Part shown: piece after piece, positions 12,348-25,250 of the stretch
Numbering within the stretch: the first letter of the stretch is position 1
How the letters are laid out: every line of letters starts with the position of its first letter
Assembly: GCF_006345805.1 (NCBI RefSeq)
Contig: NC_043006.1
Span: 42,346,001-42,410,000 of the forward strand
Length of the DNA: 64,000 nucleotides
Origin: Octopus sinensis
Taxonomy: Eukaryota
Reading direction: 5' to 3'
The notes under the pieces: generated by a model
Seen by the model: the letters and a program-made list of their open reading frames with translations, nothing else
Told to the model about the DNA's origin: nothing
Databases searched by the model: none
Made by a program: the position numbers and the translations under genes

Positions 12348-12514
12348 TCAGTGTAAAGTTCTCCCAAAATGGCAAACGAGATAACACAAGTAGCAACGAC
12401 CCCTATGTGGTAACCTGTGCCGACCAATGCTGAAAACAACATTGGATGGGAAGCTGGACGGAATACATCCCCATGGACCTGTTTCCAACCATACTCATCA
12501 CCAAGATCTTTCTC
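12348..12514 (-). CDS. TM9SF3: TM9SF3 exon 7 (167 nt)
   Basis: tttttag|GAG AAA GAT; [55 protein letters not shown](E); donor GA|gtaagt. Confidence 0.96.
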
Positions 12515-12719
12515 CTAAAAATCAAGAAGAAACAGTAACAATAAAACAACCATCATTCTAAGATCATAATGAAGGTTCCTACATGAAATACCAGTTTACT
12601 ACTGAGTTTACCCCAGGATCTGTTCCAAGCACAACAGTTATTACCCAAGCATGAATTACAAACATAAATTACAACTGGATACAAAATTGTTTAGTGCATC
12701 AACATCAGTGACATCTCAT

Positions 12720-13438
12720 CTCTTCTTCTTAACTCATTTATTCCTGGAAGGGTCATGGGGGCAGAGTCCTCCAGTATACCTTCCATTGGGTCCTGTTAGA
12801 AGCAACTGCCCTCCAAGTGAGACCAATCGAGCTCATGGACGCTATCCTACGATCTGGCTAGTGATCTACCCCTAGGTCTCTTGCTGGTTGGTTTTCCTTT
12901 AAAACTTGTCTAGCAATTCTTACCCTCCTGAGACATCCTTACCACATGTCTGTAGTACTGGAGCTGTGATCTCTCAATTCGGAGAAGTAGTGGCTCTGCC
13001 TGGAGTGCCTCTCTGATCTTGAAGCTCCACACCCTATCAAGTAACTTTCCTCCAAAGACCCTTAGGAGGAACCCCATTTCAGCTGCCTGCATTCAAAATC
13101 ATATTCCATCAGCCATTAACCAAGGTTCAATGACCATAGTTAACGGTAGGCATGAACAGCGAACGGAAGCTAGTGATTTTGGCTTTTACATCTACTTCTC
13201 TTCCTCTGATGACCAAATGCTGAAGATGGTGCATTGCAGCGCCAGCTCCTGCAATTTTTGCACTTAATTCAGCATCCTACCGTCCATCACCTGTAAAAAC
13301 AGCTCCGAGATACCTGAACTTCACCTGTTTCAGTGGAACTCCGCTCATATGCACTGCGCAGGCCTTCTTGAGAACAAGTATCTCAGTTTCCACAGCATTG
13401 ATTTTCATTCCTGCCAAGCAACACTCAGCAGCAAACCT
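12720..13438 (-). mobile_element. Rex3/Expander-like RTE LINE, 3' portion (degenerate RT C-terminus plus (AGA)n tail)
   Basis: RFAAECCLAGMKINAVETE...KFRYLGAVFTGDG...QAAEMGFLLRV...IREALQAEPLLLRIERSQLQYYRHVVRM; ends ...gagttaagaagaaga. Confidence 0.85.
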
Positions 13439-13440
13439 AT

Positions 13441-13805
13441 AAAGTATTCTGGCAGACCTTCAGTCAACTTCATAAGAAGTCTCCCTCTATCAGGAACTCA
13501 TTTGGAGTCGTCCTTCTGTATGAAGATAGGTGCATCCTCCCAAGACAAAGAGAATACTTTGCTCATCTCCTAAACTCAATCACAACAACATCTTCCGACA
13601 TACATGCGGTGCATCTGGAGCGATGACTAACATCTTGGAGACTGAGGTCACAAGAGCAATTAAAGAGCTCAAATGTGGCAAGGCCCTGGAAAGGAAGAAA
13701 TTCACCTTGAGAAGTTAAAGGTTTTAAATACAGAAAGTATTCTCTGGTTGACTCATGTATGCTAGGCAGCCTGGATCTCTGGAAGGGCACTTAAGCAATG
13801 GCAAT
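13441..13805 (+). mobile_element. Inverted upstream fragment of the same Rex3-like RTE LINE
   Basis: KVFWQT...EYFAHLLN...ETEVTRAIKELKCGKA...LKVLNTESILWLTHVC*AAWISGRALKQWQ (pre-RT region, frameshifted). Confidence 0.8.
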
Positions 13806-14244
13806 GTCAGTTTAAAGTTACAAATGTTACAGAGATAGTAAATCAATATATATCAGTATTAATATTCTCATCAATGGGAATGTTAACTTCCCTATGCTAC
13901 TTGGGAATATCTACAATAGAGCAGTAGGCATAATGCTGTATGTAACAGAGCATTTCTTGATCTTGCAAAACTTTCAGTCCATCTATGAATCCTAGTTTCC
14001 TAAGGGTCATTATAACCAAATTTTCTCAAATCTTAGGCCAAACTTTACCATTTGAACCTACTATAACCAACTCACATCACGTGTATCATCCATTAACATT
14101 ATATCTTCATGCAAGCAGTCTTCTATCCTGCAATAATTAGCCAATGCATTTGACATTTCAAACACTCCGACAATACCTGCCCAAGTACTTATTTAATCTG
14201 TCTCTAAAATCTCTGTAAGTAAATTTAATTTGGTTTTGAATTCT

Positions 14245-14525
14245 TCAATCATCATCCGTTTTCCATGCTGGCAAGGGTTGGACAGTTTGACAGGAGTTGG
14301 CAAGCCAGAGGACTGCACCAGACTCCAATCGTCTGTTTTGGCATAGTTTCTACGGCTGGAATCCCTACCTAATGCCAACCACTTTACAGAGTGTACTGGG
14401 TGCTTTTTATGAGGCACAAACATGAGTGCCTTTTATGTGGCACCAGCATGGGTGCTCTTTATGTGGCACCAGCACAGGTGCTCCAGATGTGGAACCAACA
14501 CAAGTACTTTTTATAAGGTGTCAGC
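14245..14525 (-). mobile_element. RTE-LINE 3' UTR copy with 25-bp modules
   Basis: atcatcatccgttttccatgctggcaagggttggac...ctacggctgga...tandem gtgcttttatgtggcaccagca. Confidence 0.75.
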
Positions 14526-15224
14526 ATGTAATGGAGAACAAAATATTAAATCCAAGCAATCTGTTCTATTTAACAATAGCATCCTCCTCAACTCTTCTTC
14601 TCTATCTCACACTGTAACCCCTTGCTACGAAAAATTGATTTACAAATTCATACATTTCAACAAGGACAAATTAGGTAACTACCAAAAACCTCACTAACAC
14701 AAAATTGAATATATTCCAACTAGGTCAGAGTTTCTATCAATAGTACAAAACCAGGAGAAATTTTAAGATCATGATAGTTGACAAAACAATTATTTACTAT
14801 ATCATAACTATTTCACTAACAACAGATGTGTCTATTTGCAAAACTACAGACGGTCTGGAGCTGACATGTTGGCATCAATAAACTATCCCACATGGTACAT
14901 AAAACATAGTCACACTCAGCACACGTAAAGCTAACTAAGACCATGATCAGTATTGGGTAAAAATCACAATCATGAAGGGCAACAGCTGCTTGGTTTTCTT
15001 TTTCCTCTACATTTCTAAACTAGTTAGCTGCGCCGCATACCCTCATCACAGACACTCACCTGGCCCAGCTGTCCGCCCACTGTATCACACACTAAATACT
15101 TTAGCCAGTCTTCTCTTCCCTAGACTGCAAAACCCCAATGGAATCTCTTCCATATTCACCATTGCAAACATTGATTGACAAGCATTTAAGCTGAACACCA
15201 ATCACAGTCTGAGATAGCATAGAA

Positions 15225-15450
15225 AGAGGGGAGGGGGAGAAAAGGAGGGGAATAGATAAAGAGAGGGAGGGAGGAAGACAAATGAATGCAGGGAAGGGAA
15301 GGAAGGGAGGGGGAATGGAGGGAAGGAAAGTGGTAGGGGAGGGAAGGATGAAAGGAAGGAAGGAATGGAAGAATGAGGGAAGAAAGGAAGGAAGGAGGGA
15401 GGAAGGGAGAAAAGAAAGGAGAAAGGAGGGAAGAACAAATGAACAAAGGA
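15225..15450. repeat. Polypurine (GGAA/GGAG) low-complexity tract
   Basis: About 225 bp almost entirely G/A on the plus strand. Confidence 0.85.
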
Positions 15451-15710
15451 AAACTGGGGCAACTGAGGTGGTGAATGTGATTCTTTTAGAACCACCAAAA
15501 GTTACCAGTTTATTCCTTCCAATCTAAACTAGCTCTTCCAGACGAAAGAATGAGGCTGCTGTTCTAAAAGAGGTCAAATGGAGAGAAGCTCAAGCTTCTT
15601 CATACAGATCTGTAAACAACAGGTGCCCCAACATGACCACAGCTTTAAAGCCGAAACTGGTTAAAGAGTTAATTACAGCATGTAGATCCCCAGTTTAACA
15701 TACATACCAT

Positions 15711-15920
15711 GAAGCAGTGAGCTGGCAGTTAGCATGCCAGTAGAAATGCTTAGTGGCATTTCGTCTGTCTTTAAGTTCTGAGTTCAAATTCTGCCAAGAT
15801 CGACTTTGCCTTTCATTCTTTTCAGGGTCGATAAATTAAGTACCAGTCATGTACTGGGGTCAATCTAGTCGAACAGCCCCCATCCCAAAAATTTCGGCCC
15901 TTGTGCCTAGAGTTGAAAAG
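15711..15920 (+). mobile_element. SINE family B, tail type b, with 12-bp TSD
   Basis: TSD aacatacatacc at 15697-15708 and 15921-15932; tail ...aaaaatttcggcccttgtgcctagagttgaaaag. Confidence 0.85.
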
Positions 15921-16014
15921 AACATACATACCCATACAACAAGATCCAGAAACTGTGCACCAATGAAGAAGACAGGAGAGAGAGCAGCTCAACATTGACA
16001 AAGAAGTGATAAAT

Positions 16015-16400
16015 CACCATCATCATTTAATGTCTGTTGTCCATGCTGGCATGGGTTGGACAGTTTAACTGGGCTGGCATGCTGGAAGGCTGCACCAGAC
16101 TCCAGTCTGAGTTGGCATGGTTTTCTACAGCTGGATGCCCTTCTTAATGCCAACCACTCCGAGAGTATAATGGGTGCTTCTACATGCCATTTGCGTGACA
16201 CAGGGGTGTGTTTACGTGTCACCGGCATGGGTGCCAATTTGTGTGACACCAGTATCTATCACAACCACGATTTTGCTCAGCTTGGTGGGTCTTCTTCTCA
16301 AGCACAACATGCCAAAGGTTTTGGCCATTGTCTCTGTAAGGCCCAACACTTGAAAGGAACTCTGCCACTTTGCCTCTATGAGGACCAACAGTCTGAAGTA
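16015..16400 (-). mobile_element. RTE-LINE 3' fragment
   Basis: Terminal region plus ORF-end motif (ttctcaagcacaacat) on the minus strand. Confidence 0.7.
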
Positions 16401-16408
16401 ACAGGACC

Positions 16409-16771
16409 TCTTTTATCTTTTACTTGTTTCAGGTTTCAGGCATTAGACTGCGGTCATGCTGGGGCACTGCCTTGAAGAATTTCTTGTTAGAAGAATTGAC
16501 TCAATACTTTTTTTTCTTCAGGATTGGTACTTATTCTATCAGGCTCTTTTGTCAAATTGCTAAGTTATGGGAACGTAACCACACCCACACCAGCCGTCAA
16601 GCAGTGATGGGGGACAACATACATGTGCTTCCATACAGTTTCCATCCACCAAATCCACTCCCATGGTTTTGGTTGGCCTGAAGCTATAGCAGAAGTCACC
16701 TGCCCAAGGTGCAACGCAGTGGGACTGAACCTGGAACCATGTGGCTAAGAAGCTTCTTACCACACAGCCAA
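16409..16771 (-). mobile_element. SINE family A
   Basis: Head-body-tail (tactt gtttcag...ccaaatccactc...cagtgggactgaacc...ccacacagcc). Confidence 0.8.
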
Positions 16772-17129
16772 GACCTACAAGAGTTAGTTGAATGAGGGCA
16801 GTGATCGTTATAGTAATAAGATATTAGAGTGTGAAATTTTGAAGCTTTACTTTAGTTGGAAGAGCAGTGATACCAACTTTCGCCCAGAACAACAATGATC
16901 ATAAAGACATATTATGAACAGTAAAGAAAAAAAAAATATAAATTAAAATGAGAATATTTGAAATAAACTCAACTGCTCTCACAAACGAGAATATAGATTG
17001 GTGTATAAAACTATGTGTATATGTGAATATACTGTAAAGTGTTAATATGCATGTATAATATATAATATAAGGGAGATAATCAGAGAAAGACTTGAAAGTG
17101 AATGTAAGCTATTAATACTTCATGTAAAG

Positions 17130-17337
17130 TGAAGTAAATGTAACAAATAATCCAGAATCCTTGTCTGGTACCAGATCAATCCCAAAATCTAATCAGTTTG
17201 TGCCAGTCACAAGCCCAAACATCCCTGAAAGTTGCATCTGAATCCATCAAGTGGTTCTTGAGATATCTTATCCACAGACAGACAAACAAACACGATTGGA
17301 AACAATACCTCCGCCTTCGCTAAGGCAGAGGTAATTA
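17130..17337 (+). mobile_element. Helentron/DINE-1-like (HINE) element 3' part
   Basis: (GACA/AACA)n microsatellite and terminal hairpin acctccgccttcgctaaggcagaggt; related copy at 42362-42716. Confidence 0.65.
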
Positions 17338-17357
17338 ATAAATAAATAAATGCTTAC

Positions 17358-17489
17358 CATGTCGTCAAGATCTTCTTCACGGCTGTAACGAGCATAATCT
17401 TTACGTAAGGTCCTCATAAGGATCATACTGACAAGGCCAACCAAAAAGATCACCATCATGAAAGAATTGAAGATACTGAACCAATGAAT
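17358..17489 (-). CDS. TM9SF3: TM9SF3 exon 6 (132 nt)
   Basis: ttcag|ATT CAT TGG; [44 protein letters not shown]; donor |gtaagc. Confidence 0.97.
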
Positions 17490-17699
17490 CTGAATAGAGA
17501 AAAGCAAAATTATACTTTTAATGAATTATGGATGGTAGGTGGAGATGGACAGACAGACAGACTAGAATTTAATAATATTCACAGAGGATACAAAGAAATA
17601 CAGAGCTTTCAGGCAAACAACAAAACCTTATTGTCTCAAGTCCATGGACTAATAGGGACAGTTCCCTGATTTTCATGGCTTATAAGAGACCAAAATCAC

Positions 17700-17880
17700 A
17701 ACATTCTCCCTAAATAGGACAACAGTCTGTAGCAGAGTTATGCATTTATATCTGAGTGGAGTGGAGCGACATGAAATGAAGTGTTTTGCTCAAGAACACA
17801 ACTCGCCATCTGGTGCAGAAAATGAAACCACTATCTTACAATCTTGAGTGCAGCACCTTAACCACTACACTAGGCCACAT
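17700..17880 (-). mobile_element. SINE family C, diverged
   Basis: ctgagtggagtggagcgacatgaaatgaagtgttttgctcaagaacacaa...cttaaccactacactaggccac. Confidence 0.65.
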
Positions 17881-18344
17881 GTGAAGGCCACGTGTGACAA
17901 AGAAAAAAAAAAAACAGGAGAAGCAGAGATAAGAGAAATGGAGACGGACGACAGATACAGGAATAAGGTTAAGAGGCTGAAGTGATAAGAGAGAATGAGA
18001 GAGAGAGAATGAGAGACAGAGGGGGACTGGCATGTGAGAAAAGCTATAAAGTCAATAATATGTAATAAAATAAGAAAAATAGTTTATTAAATAATGCACA
18101 GAATATGTTTCTGACAGGTGCACAAAACATCAATAAAAAAAGTAATAACCATAATTTTACACTTAAATAACAAGGCGGATAAAGATTGTCTTTCTCTCTC
18201 TCTTTTTTGTGTCAGCACAAATACATCAAACACTAAAGTAGTCATTTGATTTCTCAGAAAGCTGTTATTTGGTAGCCCACAGCCAAATTGCTTTCATTAT
18301 TTCCTGCTCCGCTATCAATTAATGCAGTACATTATCAAATCAGA

Positions 18345-18348
<4 letters not shown>

Positions 18349-18382
<34 letters not shown>
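18349..18382. repeat. (GA)n microsatellite
   Basis: Direct. Confidence 0.95.
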
Positions 18383-18385
<3 letters not shown>

Positions 18386-19293
18386 AACAATATCAATGAA
18401 AGTAGCAGTTCGTTCATATCAACTCGAGTGGCTACTTCAACATTTAAACTGACCCTATCCGGCTCAAATAGTCTACCTGTTTTATGTTGAAACTGGCCAG
18501 ATCCAGCCTCTCACACCTACACTACCTGCAATGTTGTTCTAAAAATAGCCACATCATTGAAATCTCAAAGACGCCAGACAATACATGCCCATGGGCATAT
18601 GGCATAGTGGTTAAGAGCACAGGCTACTAACCCAACACATGACTAATTCAAAACAATGTGAATAAGCAAACATTACTTTTGTTATAATAATCTGAATGGC
18701 TACAAAGAGTCATATCAGTAACTAGGGGACTACCTTACTTCTGCCAAGGTTTATTAATGACTTTGAAAGCATATTTTGTGTTTTGTCTTTTTAAACTTTT
18801 AGTCAGGACGAATAGCAGTGCTCATGACCTTTTTATAGGGCTTCCAAGACTGAGAGGAAGGAGGGAGAAAATTGTCCTCAAACTGGAGATCAAGCCCAAA
18901 CACTTGCAACAGAATGGACTCAACTAAGAGCACCCAAGGTGCCAGGTGGTCGTGGTGCTTAGCCAAGTCATGGATTTTGTCTACCACTACCCAAACAGGG
19001 TATTATGGAATCTTAACTATGAATGCAAAGAACAAAAACAAATAGTAGCAAGACACCGAGCCTGACTTTCTTACATTTCAACAAACCCAACCCAACCCAG
19101 AACCACTAGGCAGCTGGTCAGACCATGATCAAACCACAGTAGTTTGACATGATCAATCTATTAAGCAGCCGATCAGTGTCCAGCCATCACATGATTCAAT
19201 CTTCTAGAATTTTCTCCTTGCACCCTAAAAAAAGGCAGTTTTTGACAGTAACTGCAGAGTGCTGAGGCAGCCATATGTTGTGTCTCCATTCTT

Positions 19294-19510
19294 ATTTGTT
19301 TATTGCCCACAAGGGGCCAAACATAGAGGGGACAAACAAGGAGATTAAGTCGATTACATCGGCCCCAGTGTGTAACTGGTACTTAATTTATCGACCCTGA
19401 AAGGATGAAAGGCAAAGTCAACCTTGGCGGAATTTGAACTCAGAACGTAAAGACAGACGAAATACTGCTAAGCATTTCACCCAGCATGCTAACACTTCTG
19501 CCAGCTCGCC
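19294..19510 (-). mobile_element. SINE family B, tail type a, with 18-bp TSD
   Basis: Perfect TSD tgttgtgtctccattctt at 19276-19293 and 19511-19528. Confidence 0.9.
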
Positions 19511-20794
19511 TGTTGTGTCTCCATTCTTGCCACATCCAACCAATTAAGAGAGATGGCAGATAATAGGCAGGAATTTTTGTCACAATAAATATTTTTTTTA
19601 TTTTCTCTAGTTTCAGCTCAGTAAGCATCTCAATGTGATGGGCCAGTAAGCTTGTTGTAAACTCCAAGTAAGCTGCTCCTATCAGTAAGCTTGCCATAAA
19701 CTCCAAGCAGTATGTCCCTCCCAGTATGTAATTGTTGTTAATATTAGTAAAGACCAACACAGTTAAAACTCCATTTGCCATAAAAAAATTTTCTGATAAT
19801 TGTTCACAGATGTTTTTAATTATTTCCTCTTGCAGCCAGAGAAATACATTTCCATTCATCGACTCAACCAGTCATCAGCTCAGACTAGACCAACAGCAAT
19901 AACAAAAACGCTACAACCCACAAAGCATACTTCCCACAGACTCTGGCCAAATATGAGAACAGAGAGTCTGAACAAAGACTGTCAGGAATTTTATTCAATA
20001 CCTTAATGACTCTACCAGTTTGTCACCTTTTGCTAGTTCAGTACCTTGCAAATATTTCCTTTTTCCTTTTAAATCTCAGATCTTAAAATAAATGAGTAGC
20101 TGGTCAGATTTGAGCCAGCAATAGCTAAATTACCTCCCTTCAGCAAGGATATAAAAGTTTATACAGGCATTTACGGAGCTGATTTATATACTTTTCCATC
20201 AGGGTCTTGCTCTGACTAACATATTAAGGACAATATTTATGTTATAAGCCTAATGAATAAAGAATTTACACTTAGTTTAATTAATACAGCTTCAAATTTA
20301 AAATGAAGCCAGATTAAAGTTTTCAGCATCAGGAAAAGACTATCTAATAAATGTATAATAAACCTGAAGGGAAAGAAATGAAGTATCAAATTCGATGTGG
20401 ATAAATTTCTGAGATTAAGGTATATAATTTAGTATTATCATCATGGTCGTCTTTTAACGTCCACTTCCACATGCCTGCATGTGGATCAGACAGAATTTTA
20501 TTGGGGTAGATTTTCAATGTTGGATGCCCTTCCTGTCAGCACCCCTCACCAGTTTCCAGGTAAGGTAATATTTCCTCACAGCCAGACATATTTTTGTGGA
20601 AGATTGGAAATGAACATAGCTTGCATAATGGTGATGCTTGTTTACAATCATCATGTGCTGTCAAGATAAACACACACACACACACACACACACAGTAGAA
20701 AACACTTGACCAAAGTGCCATGCAGTGGAATTAGACCCAAGGCCACATAGTTAGAAAGCAAGCTCTTTAACTATTACATAGTCACACCTGTGCA

Positions 20795-21255
20795 TCATCA
20801 TCCTCGTCGTTTAACGTCCGCTTTCCATGCTGGCATGAGTTGAACAGTTTGACTGAGGACTAGCAAGCCAGGAGGCTGCACCAGGCTCCAATCTAATCTG
20901 GCAAGGTTTCTACATCTTGATGCCCTTCCTAATGCCAACCACTCCAAGACTGTAGCCTGTGCTTTTTACATGCCGCTGACACAGGGACTAGTCAGGCGGC
21001 ACTGACATTGACCACACTCAAATGGTGCTTTTTACATGCCACCAGCATGGGTGCCAGTCAGGCAGCACTGGCATCAGCCATGACTACGATTTCACTTGAC
21101 TCAACAGATCTTCTCAAGCACAACATATTACCCAACGATTGAAAGGTACTCCTAAACAGGCCAGTTATGCAACACTGGCATCGGTCATGACAATCTCACT
21201 AGGCTTGCCAGGTCTTCTCAAGCACAGCATATCTCCAAAGGTCTCAGTCATTTGT
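20795..21255 (-). mobile_element. RTE-LINE 3' fragment (ORF end plus 3' UTR)
   Basis: catcatcctcgtcgtttaacgtccgctttccatgc... to ggtcttctcaagcacagcatatctccaaaggtc. Confidence 0.8.
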
Positions 21256-21401
21256 CAAGCACAAAATAATTCCTCTCGTTCAAACAAATCATTAAAACAC
21301 AATATAATTCAGTCAAAAAAATCTGAATATGAAAAACAAAAGACCCACTTATACAAAATTGGTTGAGAAGTAACAAAATAATAGAATTAAAAGAAACTTA
21401 C

Positions 21402-21479
21402 TCGATGTTGGAAAAAGCTGGGATCCAAGTATTTATCAAACCTATCTGCAAACTTAATGGATGATGGGATCCATTTTAC
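21402..21479 (-). CDS. TM9SF3: TM9SF3 exon 5 (78 nt)
   Basis: cccag|GTA AAA TGG...; [26 protein letters not shown]; donor |gtaagt. Confidence 0.96.
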
Positions 21480-21974
21480 CTGGGATTAAAGCAAAATGGA
21501 AATCATTAAGTAAGAGACACAAAATGAAACTATTCGACACAAGGCTATTCATTACAAGTGAATATGTAACTGAACTGTCCAATCAAAGTGTATGAGTGTA
21601 CATCTACACTTTCTGCCATAGCAAACAAATTTATGGCTCACTAGATGAGATTCAGAACACATTCATTCAGTATACAACATTATCAATAAGTAACCTCAGT
21701 GATATAGAGAGGAGTTAAGCTGGAAGCCAGGAGGAGACGATGAGCAGTGATTTGGTCACCTCTGCTGACCCACCAACAGGAGGCTGTTATGGTTTAGAGT
21801 CAAAACACTAAATGATCATTGTATAATGTTTGATGACATCAGTTCCTCCTGACCAAAAACCCACTCACTTTGGTGAGTGGAAAAGAAACACCTTCATAAT
21901 ATTATCTCTTAGTATCGATACTGTTGCCAATACATATATTTTAGAAATAGGAAAACGTAACAATTTGGCCTTAC

Positions 21975-22135
21975 CTGGTAAGTGAAGGTTAGCTTAATCT
22001 TAGGTTCAAGCTTCACCTTTGACTCGCTCGTCAAGTTTACATCAACTATTTGTTTGCCATTGAAGCCAATGTCAAACTTCTTATGTGTCCAGATGTAATA
22101 GGTTTCACCACCTTCACCAATCTCTCCAACAATAC
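21975..22135 (-). CDS. TM9SF3: TM9SF3 exon 4 (161 nt)
   Basis: cctag|GT ATT...; (G)[53 protein letters not shown]; donor |gtaagg. Confidence 0.96.
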
Positions 22136-22373
22136 CTAGGAGTAGAACAGTTGAGCATTAAAGAGAATTAGCTGAAAACCATTGCTGAATATCATCATCA
22201 TCGTAACATTTAAATTAGAAACGGAGCAAGAGTATTTACGAAGTCACTCAACATGTTAAAAATGGCAGCTAAATCGCCTGTAAATCACACACCCTACCAT
22301 CTGAAAATGAAAAGATTCATTGGCTGTCTGGAAAAGTAGGAGGGGGACACCCTGTTTTTTTTAGCATTTTTTT

Positions 22374-22757
22374 ACTTGTTTCAGTCATTGGGATGTGACA
22401 GTGCCAGAGGACAGCCTTGAAAGTTTTAGTTGAACAAATCGACCCCTGTAATTAGTTGTCTCTTTTTAAGTCTGGTGCTTATTCAAACGGTCTCTTTTGC
22501 CAAACAGATAAGACACAGTGATGCAAACAAACCCTCACCAGTTCTCAAGCAGGGGAGGAAAGAAACATACAAACACACACAACACAGGCTGCCATACAGT
22601 TTCTGTCAACCGAATTCACTCACCAGGTTCACCAGGCAATGGTCAGCCCAGGGATATAATAGAAGACACTTGCTCAAGGTAAGGTGCCATACAGTGTGAC
22701 TGAACCCAAAACCACATGGCTGCAAAGTGAGCTTCTTAACCACTCAACCATGCCTGT
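22374..22757 (-). mobile_element. SINE family A, diverged
   Basis: ttacttgtttcagtcattg...gaagacacttgctcaagg...ctgaacccaaaaccacatgg. Confidence 0.7.
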
Positions 22758-23387
22758 GCTAATGGCTGAAATGCCACTGATCATGAAGCCAACCCATCAG
22801 GACTGACCTGGTGTTAATATAACTATCATAGTAAGCTGAAAGTTGAACTTAATTGTTTTCTTTGGCTAAACATGGATTTGTTGGCAACCCACTTAAAAGA
22901 TTTCTGAGAACAGTTGCCAACTTCAGATTCAATAAAAACAAAATTTTCTTACTAATATATCAGTTTCCATTTCCATCTTGAAACCCTGCCGGATTAAACT
23001 AATCCCCAACATATCAGATAACAACCAAAAAATAGGAGGAGGGGAAACTTGAAGGGAAAGAAATTAAAATACATGAATACAATTGCAATTAATTAACAGT
23101 AGTGATTGCTATCAGCAAATGAGTTGAATACACAAACAAACAAACAAACAAGAAACAAACAAATGAATAAAGAGGAATATTCAACGAATAAATTGCAGAG
23201 CTTAAGATCATTTTTCATAATTTTAATGTTTGTTGTTCTTCCATGCTGGCACAAGTCAAAAATTGAAAAGTAAAAAGACCAAAATAAAACAATAAGCATT
23301 CATAAATCTTTCCAGTCCACAGCTGTTGGCTGTAATTAATATTCTAAATGAATAACCAATTAACAATAGAAATGAACAAGAAAAAAA

Positions 23388-23390
<3 letters not shown>

Positions 23391-23441
<51 letters not shown>
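23391..23441. repeat. (TA)n microsatellite (others at ~24860-24920, 41013-41050, 51948-51981, 62066-62099)
   Basis: Direct. Confidence 0.95.
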
Positions 23442-23448
<7 letters not shown>

Positions 23449-24855
23449 AAAGCAAATGTGTGTGTGTGTGAATACATATCATTTTCAATGACGATCTATT
23501 TATATTTAGCACAAACACACAAAGCAGTGAGGATGAGCATAAAAATGTCTACATATATTTTTAACACGCTCCTGCACAATAGAACATGGGGTTCTGTCTC
23601 ACACATTCTAGAATTATGTCTCACAGATAAACTTATCTCTATAGACTTAGTGTGTAAAAACACAATGAGCCAAGCACTAAGAAACACCAGCAGACAACCA
23701 ATGTTTTGGCATAATATCACCTCTTCAGTTATAAACACTACCTTGGTGATTGAAAGCCTAGGAACTTTCATTGCAAAATATGGCAAACAGCAAACAGTAC
23801 ATTTACTGGTGTGTGTCGAAGCTTACTAAGGACATATCTTTATAGCAACTCTTGTTGCCTTGAATGTTTGTATTAAGTTAATGCCAGCAGGGTAAAAGTT
23901 CCAGCTTAATTAAAAATGATCAAAACTGCATCTACCACTGAAGAGACAAAATTACACCAAAACACCCGATCTTGTAGTCTGCTGACATCATATGGAGTTT
24001 AGCTTGATGTGCTTTCACACACTAATCTTATAGAGAGATTTTTCTTTCAGGTAAGATCCCACAGTAAATGGTGGCTACTCTTGTTATAGATTATTAATGA
24101 GACAGTTTTTTATTAGAGGACAGGAAAAAGATGTGCTGCAACCACTGTTAGTAGGGCTGGATGTGTGTGTGTGTAAAATCACATATGTCTGAATGTCTGA
24201 CTGTGCCTATATAGGTGTGTATGCAGGTGTAAAGAAAATTGTTTGGTTAACGAGTCTGTTTCTTAATCTCCTGGCTTTAGGCTTGGTGTTGCATCAGCAG
24301 AAGCAGTTGCTATTGCTATGACTACAACAGCTTTCTGCTATCTCTGCTACTGTTGCCATCAGCTTCCCTTCTAAAGGGGAGGAACAAACCACTCCAACTA
24401 CATTTACGGCTTCTACCATTTCCACCACCACCACTACTACTACTGCAACTTCTACAGGTGAGAATGGTACAGCTGCAACTACTAATAGCTATTCCTTAAA
24501 ACCAACAAAAGACAACTGCTTAAAGCACTACTACTACTACCACCACCACCACTACTACTAGTATTACTACTACAACCCAGTAACCATCAAAGGGTAACAA
24601 GCTACCAACACCATGTGAATTTATAAGAAAAACACATTAACTTTCAGAACTGTATTATGAAAGATTGATTTAATTTAAATCTAATTTCAATTTATTTTAT
24701 TTTCTCTTACAGCATGACTAAATCATATTAAAAACTGAAACTGGTAGCATAATTTGATAAAAATGTAAATGCTTACTCTTTTGTCCTTGCTGAGGCTCTC
24801 AAAGTATTTTTTTTATTCTTTTAAAATAAATTTACTTGAAAGAAATCTCTCAACC

Positions 24856-24924
<69 letters not shown>

Positions 24925-24929
24925 TTTTG

Positions 24930-25250
24930 CTCTGCCACGTAAACAGACCATGTGCTGGTGCCACTTACAAAGCACTTGTGCCAGGGCCACGTAAAAAGTA
25001 CCCATGCCAGTGTCACATAAGAAGCACTCGTGCCAGTGCCACATAGGAGGCTAACATGCCAGTGACATGTAAGAAATACGCAGTACATGGTGTAATATGG
25101 TTGGTGATAGGAGGGGTATCCAGTCACAGAAACCATGCCAAATCAGACTGGAACGTAGTCCAACTCTCCAGATGGTCGAACTGTCCAATCCATACCAGCA
25201 TGAAAAACAGACATATGATGATGATGATGATGACAATGATGATGATGATT
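24930..25250 (+). mobile_element. RTE-LINE 3' UTR copy with ~6 tandem 25-bp modules and (GAT)n tail
   Basis: gtgctggtgccacttacaaagcac / gtgccagggccacgtaaaaagtacc / ...; tail ends ~85 bp from the exon 3 donor. Confidence 0.75.

Noticed and set aside
15186-15527. Pro/Ser/Leu- and Gly/Arg/Glu-rich ORFs
   Set aside because: Polypurine low-complexity tract.
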